Assembly: GCA_964016885.1 (NCBI GenBank)
Contig: OZ024741.1
Span: 364,374,001 to 364,438,000, forward strand
Origin: Eledone cirrhosa
Taxonomy: Eukaryota
Reading direction: 5' to 3'
Length of the DNA: 64,000 nucleotides
Part shown: one piece after another, positions 56,143 to 64,000 of the stretch
Numbering within the stretch: the stretch's first letter is position 1
Layout: the number at the start of each line of letters is the position of its first letter
Program-made: the position numbers and the translations under genes
The notes under the pieces: model-generated
Database searches by the model: none
What the model was told of the DNA's origin: nothing
Seen by the model: only the letters and a program-made list of their open reading frames with translations

Positions 56143-56287
56143 GTAGGGTAAAAGGAAGGCAGGTGTGACGTTGGAGGGCTGTAGGGTGATATGTGTGATG
56201 TTGAAAGAAAATAGGGTGATATCTGATGTTGAAGGGAATTAGGGTGGTAGGTGTCACCTTTTTTTAGGTATCAAAAAATAAGATTTT

Positions 56288-56930
56288 GGGCTCTAGCTCC
56301 CACATTTTGCCACCGACTTCGTTCAAATTTTAAAGCAAAATAGAATTCATCATTTCACATCCTGTAATGGCTTTATATTTTGCATTTGCTGTTCAGGGAC
56401 GGCGTGGCAGTCGCTTAAATATTCCGAAATACCACTTTTAGACTCAAATTTCCACTTTTTCGGCTTTAGTTCCCACATTAATCAACCTACTTTGGTCAAA
56501 TTTTACACTACACCAGATCTGATTATTTCACGTCTTAAAGTGGCTTTACATTTTGGATGTTTTGTTCAGGAATGGAGTGGCAGCTGCTTAAATATTCGAA
56601 AATACCACCTTTTCGCTAAAATTTCCGCCTTTTCGGCTCTGGCTCCCACATTTTTCAACTGATTTCGTTCAAATTCGAAACTTCGGCTCCACCTCACACA
56701 TAAATCAATTTATTTGGTTCAACTTTTATACTACGATAGAACCTATCATTGCACATCTTATAGTAGCTTTACACTTTGCATTTTTTGTTCAGGGACGGCG
56801 ACCTACCATTAGCTCCCACATTTTTCAACCGATTTTGTTCAAATTCGAAACTTCGGCTCCACCTCACACACAAATCAATTTATTTGGTTCAACTTTTATA
56901 CTACGATAGAACCTATCATTGCACATCTTG
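56288..56930. repeat. ~175-bp tandem repeat, about four copies, including a near-perfect ~120-bp duplication
   Basis: gctcccacatt recurs at ~56296, 56469, 56642 and 56812; 56642-56760 matches 56812-56930. Confidence 0.8.
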
Positions 56931-58647
56931 TAGATGGTCAAAGGCAAAACGATGGCCACTGACGTCGCCTGAGCTTTTAGTTGTGTACTTGAGAATTCAT
57001 CGGTTTCCAATCAAGCAGTGAGGAAATTTGGCTTAGTGTTAGAGGTCATTACCTCCCTCCCCCAACATTCCCCTTCATCAGTCACCCGCGTTTCTCAGTG
57101 ATAGAGGTCATCACCACCCTCCCCGCATGGCCTGTGTGTGGTCATAGATGAGTCATCGAGAAGCAGTCGCTAAGATCAACACCATTTCATCAAAGCAGAT
57201 ATTATTTTACCTACCCAGGCAACGCTGGGTACTGCTGCTAGTACTTTAATAAAACAGAAAAATCTATATATAAATTTGAGCAACTTCCGTCCGTCACAAT
57301 TTGTGTGTGTAAAAGGAAGGAAGAGGATGATGAAAAAAACTATAGCAAAACAGCAGCTCGCATTCCATTTGCTACACTGTGTGAGTGTGTGTTTTTGTAA
57401 ATGTATGTGGTTGTGTGTGTGAATGTATGTGTGTGTATTTTTGTGTTTCTGTATTTGCGCGTTTATATTTATATACTCATACATATAAATGTATGCATAT
57501 GCATACACACACCCACACATATACACATATGCATCAGCATGTTGAAAAGTATCCTAGTTATTAAAATTCAATGTTGAGTGTATAATTTCCTATGGACTTT
57601 TCAGTAAGAGATACTGGTGCTGTGTTTTCCCTGAAAAAGTTTGTGAAACTTTGCTCTAGCTTTTAGCTGAATCTAAAAGTCTTTTTCGTAGTGTGTAACT
57701 TGATTTAGCAGATTATGACATATCAATACATTGGCATATATCACTGAATAATCCATCTCATTTCACAAATATTGATTATGTATTGATCTCTTACGTTAAT
57801 AATACCATCTGCCCACCAGCCTAATCAGAGTTGTTGTACCAGTGGTTACTAATCCATGGGTAAAAGAGTCATGAAGACAAAATATGTTACTTTTGGAATA
57901 TTTTATAAATCCAATTTATTTTTCTTGCATATTCCCATATCCAGTTGGAGTAGATATAAACTTTATTTAAACTACTGTTATAATATCATAATGACTAAGG
58001 GAAAAAAGAAAGATAAATGAAAAAAGAGGAGGTGAAGTTGAAAGACCATGGCTTGGCAAAATTGTAGAGTGTTCTTATTGGAGTTATCTCTATTATTTAT
58101 TTTTGATTTTAAATACTCATACAGCAGTGTTTGCGTTTTACAGTGAAATTCCGTAATAACAAAATTCAAGGGGTGCAAAAATAAAAATTTTTTGTAATAA
58201 AAAATTCTTTATAATGAGATCGACGAAAACAAATCTAGCGTTTGTTTATTTTTACCTTGGTGGATTGTCAGTATCAGTAGAGTGACAGACACCATACTTT
58301 GCAGCATAGAGTTATGAGGGAATTTTATGTGTAATTGCTTGAATAATCCCAGTTGATCAAACGTTTTCGACTCATATGTGAGACCCAACAATATTAGTAT
58401 TTAATATGTAGAACACTGACATATTTTCTCCCCGACTATATTAGTGTCAAGTATAAAACAAGTCAGTAACAATATAAATATCTTGAATATTATTTACTAA
58501 CCATAATGATGACAGTTTTATTATCATAGAGAATGTGGCATCCCTTCAAAACTACACGGTTAACCACTGATCAAATTCTGGCTTGAAGGCTTAAATATTA
58601 CCAAAATGCATTTTGTTTGTGACACTACAAAGAAAGTACAGCAAAAG

Positions 58648-58826
58648 GATGGCAGTACCAGTAGAGGGTTGGATGCCATACTTTGCAGCATAGTTATGCT
58701 CCTTTATGTTTTGAGTTCAAATCCCGCTGAGGTTAACTTCGCCTTTCATCCTTACAGGGGTCGATAGAATAAAGTACCAGTAATGCACTGGAATAATTGC
58801 TGGCCTTGTGCCAAAAGTAGAAACAA
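58648..58826 (+). mobile_element. Nin/Deu-type tRNA SINE
   Basis: gagttcaaatcccgctgaggttaacttcgcctttcatccttacaggggtcgatag... Confidence 0.75.
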
Positions 58827-59168
58827 TTATTATTATTAATATTATGAGAGGAATCTATCCCTGAAAGGTCAGGAAGAGGTGACAAACATATACATTGCAT
58901 CCGTCATCTACCGACTGACCATTGTGCGTTGTCCTGGTCAATTCCTGACTGCACAGGAGTGTTTGCTCTTTTGCCTTTTCTAGCAGGGATGCATTCCAAT
59001 GGTCAGGCTGTCCATTTTCTGCCAACACCCGCTAAGTGGAGGACTAGCATGCTGTGGCTCATGATACACAAAATATGTGTGTACGTATGTATATATATAT
59101 ATTGAATCATATATGAAATGTTCATGTAAATAAACATTTTTGTAGTCTCGCTATGAAATGCATGTATA

Positions 59169-59378
59169 CTTTAGCATTTAAACGAGCCATATCCGGCCGG
59201 AATTCTCTCACCTCTTTCTGTTCAAACTGGCTGAAAGTAGCTGCTCATACTAATGTTAAGGTATTGTTCTCAAAATAAATAATATCAAAATCTCATAGAT
59301 TCGATTTTATGTGAGATAAAGCCTTTACCATGAAAATACAATAGTAAATATAGAGTAATGTAAATGCTAAAGGGTCAA
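59169..59378 (+). mobile_element. piggyBac-type MITE
   Basis: Body and right TIR match the 35179 copy; left TIR eroded. Confidence 0.8.
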
Positions 59379-60019
59379 TAATAGTTAAGAAAAGTGGTCA
59401 GTGGTGCCTTCTTCTTTCTTTTCCATCTCCAGGAATTTTTCCCAACTATTATTATGGTCATTTGTTTTGGGACATACACATTTCAAACTTTCACAATGCT
59501 TTGTAAGTCAACGTTTTTGTTTTCATTTACACTCACATGTGTACATACACTCTCCCTCACATACACCTTTATAATTTCAAAATTAGATCTAATTATGATC
59601 TTTATTGCCATATTGATGTTTTGATTTTTTATAATTTTATTTGAAACATAATCATGAGACTGAATTATCAAAACAAAAACAGTCACTTTTGTTTTGTACT
59701 ATATATATTCTACTATTTCCATTATCAGGAAATCTCTTAATTTTCTTAAAAAATATTTATATCTAATGTCTTCTCTTACAAACATTTAAACATATCTTTG
59801 TGTTGTATTAATTGGTGGCCTGTATGGTAGTGGTAGAAATAGGTCATGGTAATCTCCTTAACATTTTCCTTGTCTATTTTCTTATTCTTTTGTTTTTCTA
59901 AGATTGCATTCTATAGTATAGACTTTTATTGATATATTTTTTCAGGTTATTATTTACAATCATTTACTTAAAATCATTTAAGTTGGCACAATTCATGTTA
60001 TGTGCTTTATCTTTTATCG

Positions 60020-60645
60020 ATCAACAGAACAACCTATTCATGAAATTAATGTGTTAGTGGCTGAGCATTCCACTGACATGGGCACCCTTAATCCTTTAGC
60101 ATTTAAAGTTGGCTGTCCATCAAAAGAAAAATACCCTCATCTTACCACCTAAGAGACCTTATAGTAAAATGCTATTTATGCCAAGCACAAACCAGAACTT
60201 ACAATTTAAAACTGCATTGAATATATCTTAACCCTTTAGTATTTAAACCGGCCGTATGCGGCCAGACTTCTCGCACCTCTTTCTGTTCAAGCTAGCTGTA
60301 ACTGACCACTCATACCAATGTTATGGTATTGTTCTCAAAATAAATATCAAAATCTCATAGATTCAATATTATGTGAGATAATGCCTTCACCATGAAAATA
60401 CAATAGTAAATATAGAGTAATGAAAATGTTAAAGGGTTAACGTAATTCTCAGGAAAATTTAGTATAACACATGTGACAAGGCTAACCCTTTGAATTACAG
60501 GTACAACTCATTTTTGCCAGGTTAGTGAACTGGAGAAACAAGAAATAAATTGCCTTGCTCAAGGACATAATGTGTCACCATGTATCCAACTGATGACTTT
60601 ACAGTCATGAACTGAACATCCCAACCATTAAGCCACACACTTTCA
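60020..60645 (-). mobile_element. tRNA SINE interrupted at a TTAA by MITE sequence (60088-60440)
   Basis: The SINE halves rejoin as caccc-TTAA-cgtaattctcagg; full MITE at 60228-60440 and a TIR-bearing segment at 60088-60231. Confidence 0.75.
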
Positions 60646-60887
60646 CATATTATTCACTACTTTAAAATCCAATCATTATTTATTGTTCTGGATAAACTAG
60701 TTTCCCTTTTTATCTTTCTTATCAATGATTCATTTACCTCTGATTTTATCTTGAAAATACTTTGGAAAAGACAATGGATCATGATTGGAGACTAAATTAC
60801 TTTGTGATTTTCTTTTTTTCCTAATACAAGTAAAAGAAAATTCATAGAAAATAAAATAAATGTATTTAGAAAATGCCTTTTAAAGTT

Positions 60888-61842
60888 ATTTCCATATTAA
60901 TACTTTGGCAGTAAAAAAATAAAAGTGTTGGGGAGAATAATAGCTGGGATATTTTCTTAGAATAGATAAGTCCATTGATTACCATATTTCTAATGACAAA
61001 CACAGCTTTATGATTTTAAAATCTTTTTGAAAATAATCAAACATTTTGAGGGATTTTGTACTGTAGCAAGCAATGGCACTATTTTATCGCTGTTGAATAA
61101 TTTGGTTGTGCTTTGTCACTCGCCAGCCCTTAGGGTTGGTGGCATATGAATACTTCCACCCAGCCGTTGCTTCGCGCCTTTTTTTCAGTTGTAGCTAACA
61201 GTTGCGCTTTGCATTTCGTCGACACCAGCAGCTCGCAAATGGCTTCCCCGGTTGAGGCACCATCTTTCAAAACTAGCTAGCAGTTGCGCTTTGCATTTTG
61301 TCAACACCAGCAGCTCGTAATGGCTTCCCTACTCCTGTGACTTTGTTCTCTAACAATAAGAGTAGTTTCATTTTACGGCTTTTAAGAAATTTACTGTAAC
61401 CAACAACTTGGTTCCAAAGTACTTGCCTTTAAGAGATTTGCCATTACATGTCAGCTTTGTTACACAAAATCTCTGTACTTCACACACTTTGTACATGCGT
61501 TCACGTCAAGCAAAAATAAATCTTTATTATGTTTAACATGCCTTCTGATCTTTTCCGCAACCATGAAACACGTAACCTTACATCTCTATCTTCTTTAAGG
61601 ATACAATCTCCGCTACCAATATAGAGCCCAGCTAAAGGCTACTCGCTAAAGTGGTGACCCTGATGTGATTTCCATATTAATACTTTGGCAATAAAAAAAT
61701 AAAAGGGTTGGGGGAGAATAATAGCTGGGATATTTTCTTAGAATAGATAAGTCCATTGATTACCATATTTCTAATGACAAACACAGCTTTATGATTTTAA
61801 AATCATTTTGAAAATAATCAAACATTTTGAGGGATTTTATAC
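60888..61842. repeat. 174/175-bp direct repeats (60888-61061 and 61668-61842) flanking the LTR-PBS insert
   Basis: Near-identical copies from atttccatattaatactttggca to gggattttrtac, with a few differences. Confidence 0.93.
61062..61669 (+). mobile_element. Single LTR (61062-61650) plus tRNA-Trp primer-binding site (61652-61669)
   Basis: Ends TGTAGCAAG ... CTCGCTAAA (imperfect inverted termini), AATAAA near 61515, internal ~57-bp repeat. TGGTGACCCTGATGTGAT matches the complement of the tRNA-Trp 3' end as I recall it (TGGTGACCCCGACGTGAT) at 16/18, both differences CpG to TpG. Confidence 0.8.
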
Positions 61843-62023
61843 ATTTACTCATTATGAACCACACTATGTTAGGGCTACTGCTGATTAATCCTAGTTTGCT
61901 TTATATGTAAATAAGCATCTTCAATTGATATTTTATTTGCACTATATGCAAATGAGCATGTCTAACATTCGTTTCATGCACAAAAACATAGATCTAGCCT
62001 ATTTTTGTCTCAGTACCAAGTGA

Positions 62024-62325
62024 AGGTGCATGGCTTAGTGGTTAGAGCATTGGGCTTGCAATCGGAAGGTTGTGAGTTTGATTCTTGGACCGGGTGATTC
62101 ATTGTGTCCTTGAGCAAGACACTTTATTTTCCATGTTGCTCCAGAAATGAGTTGCCACGTCATTGGTGTCAAGCTGTATCGGCCTTTGCCTTTCCCTTGG
62201 TGGTGTGGAGAGGGGAGGCTGGTATGCATTGGAAACTGCTAGTCTTCCACTAACACATTTGCCCGGACTTGTGCCTTGGAGGGAAACCTTCTAGGTGCAA
62301 ATCCCATGGTCATTCGTGACCGAAG
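62024..62325 (+). mobile_element. tRNA-derived SINE, full-length-like
   Basis: tggcttagtggttagagc head, gagtttgattc, tgtccttgagcaagacactt core. Confidence 0.75.
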
Positions 62326-62442
62326 TGAGTAAATGAAATGGAGGAAAGATGAACATTCAGAAACAGCTGATAATCATTCCCACATGCTACTGAGATAGCT
62401 GTGATATATTGATAGCTTAAACATTCATAGTGAGACTCCTGC

Positions 62443-62471
62443 ATGTGTGTGTGTATATATATATATATATA

Positions 62472-62502
<31 letters not shown>

Positions 62503-62542
62503 CATGTGTGTGTGCGTATGTATATATATATATATATATGCA

Positions 62543-62580
<38 letters not shown>
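62443..62580. repeat. Compound (TG)n/(TA)n microsatellite
   Basis: Read directly from the sequence. Confidence 0.95.
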
Positions 62581-63214
62581 GTGCATTCTTTACATCAACT
62601 GACAAAAATGAGAGAGGACGGTGCATGGGTACTTAAGACTTGGGATACCTTTTCATCTAAATTTGTGTAATTCGTCTAAAGGCCTAATTTGTTCTGTCTT
62701 TCTCTCTACCTGTTTTGATATATCCCCATGTGCACTGAAATGAACGGTATCAACATTAATGCACCAAGACAAGAGTGATTTCCAGTGGTTGACTGAGGAG
62801 ATGGAATTGTCCGTCTTTCTGTTATTTTTTCCATTCTTTGTCTGTGCACCTCCTATTTTGAATATATATATTTAAAAGACAACAAAAGGCTGGACTCGAA
62901 ACATTTTTTTATGTTGTAAAACCACAATATACATTTCTAGGACCTTGTTACATCATCAGATCATGACATAATACTTTGGCGATGTCATCAGGTGTAGATT
63001 GCAAAGATTAGGTAATCGATAACAGGGCTACAGCAAACATGAACAATGAATAAACTTGATTCAGAGACGGCCCGCCATTTGGTGTTATTGTTGTGACGAA
63101 CCACCTCCAAATGTGTATGAGAAAGACAAGGTCATCTGACCTGGCTGGACTCACAACAGGACATCTCATCTAACCCATGCCAGCATGGAAAAGTGGACAT
63201 TAATGATGATGATG

Positions 63215-63337
63215 TACATATGTATGTGTGTGTATATATATATATATATATATACTGTATATATATACATATTTAAATGAATTCTTTGTATATATGTATA
63301 TACATGTGTGTGCATATATATATATATATGTGTGTGT

Positions 63338-63415
<78 letters not shown>

Positions 63416-63641
63416 CTATATATATATATACACATATTTGCATATTTGTGTATAAACATAGTTTAACTTATGCCAAAGTCTCCATGGGTTAGAATGCAAG
63501 CAAAACTAATACCAGAGTGCTTTGCTCGCATGTATATATATAAAAACATAAATATATATATATATATATACAAACACATAGATGTACACACACACATATA
63601 TACCCATATAAGCACACACACACACATATACATATATATAT
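63215..63641. repeat. Compound (TA)/(TG)/(TC)/(CA) microsatellite region
   Basis: Read directly from the sequence. Confidence 0.9.
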
Positions 63642-64000
63642 GGTGGCTGCCAACTCGTTTTCGAGTACGGCCACTACTTTATATCCATGTAGGAGAACCC
63701 CTACCGATGCGCTGAACGAGTGTGACTTTTTAGTCCAGCCAGCGACTTGAAAACTCTGGTACAAACACTACACTTGTGACAATTATTGACACATAGTGCT
63801 GGCCCCATGGTACCATGTGATGACAAGTGCAGAGAGATCTCCAGATATAAAGCAATGCCTGTGCCGTGAAGCTTTTATAGTGAGCAAAGGCACTGCACAA
63901 AGCCAGTCCCACTCTCTTAACCGAGATGATATTTACCAAAAAGAAGAACAAGTCAACATCATTGGATACCATCAGGGTTGCAGGTGTTATATCAGAGTTT

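Larger units (their letters stand above)
52934..57241 (+). mobile_element. Putative non-autonomous Helitron enclosing the hammerhead element, the 30-bp array and the ~175-bp repeats
   Basis: 3' end: hairpin tacccag-gcaacg-ctgggta (57212-57231), then CTAG (57238-57241) and T. Candidate 5' end A|TCTATAATAAAA at 52934 is less certain. Interior is CpG-richer than the flanks. Confidence 0.55.

Noticed and set aside
53639-56146. 835-aa and 824-aa ORFs as real genes
   Set aside because: Entirely a 30-bp minisatellite with non-ATG starts inside a kinase intron; kept only as a low-interest finding.
59930-59990. Next BRSK exon after a ttttttcag acceptor
   Set aside because: Does not encode the expected SPHYACPE motif in any frame.
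62310-63764. YI/HT/CV-rich ORFs
   Set aside because: Dinucleotide microsatellite translations.
63700-63770. Hammerhead candidate CTGAACGA...GAAA
   Set aside because: Extra core nucleotide and no convincing helices I and III.

Overview
AT-rich metazoan genomic DNA; the repeat content suggests a cephalopod (octopus-like), which is an inference. The only supported protein-coding sequence is three + strand kinase-domain exons of a BRSK/SAD-1 family Ser/Thr kinase (36986-37071, 44459-44599, 51793-51909); I did not find the neighbouring exons, so the rest is probably intron. It holds a ~19.3 kb 64-bp satellite (~302 copies, with higher-order structure), 15-, ~10- and 30-bp minisatellites, decayed RTE-like LINEs, tRNA-derived SINEs and TTAA-flanked piggyBac-type MITEs. 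Most notable: (1) a complete type I hammerhead ribozyme motif on the - strand (53562-53628) capping a 160-nt hairpin, beside the 30-bp array and inside a putative Helitron; (2) an LTR plus exactly 18 nt of tRNA-Trp primer-binding site, flanked by a 174-bp duplication, which looks like an integrated plus-strand strong-stop DNA; (3) RTE insertions with twin-priming geometry; (4) a satellite unit that reads like a mini-intron on the - strand. The long ORFs in the track are repeat or LINE artefacts. All calls were made by eye, with no searches or folding runs.
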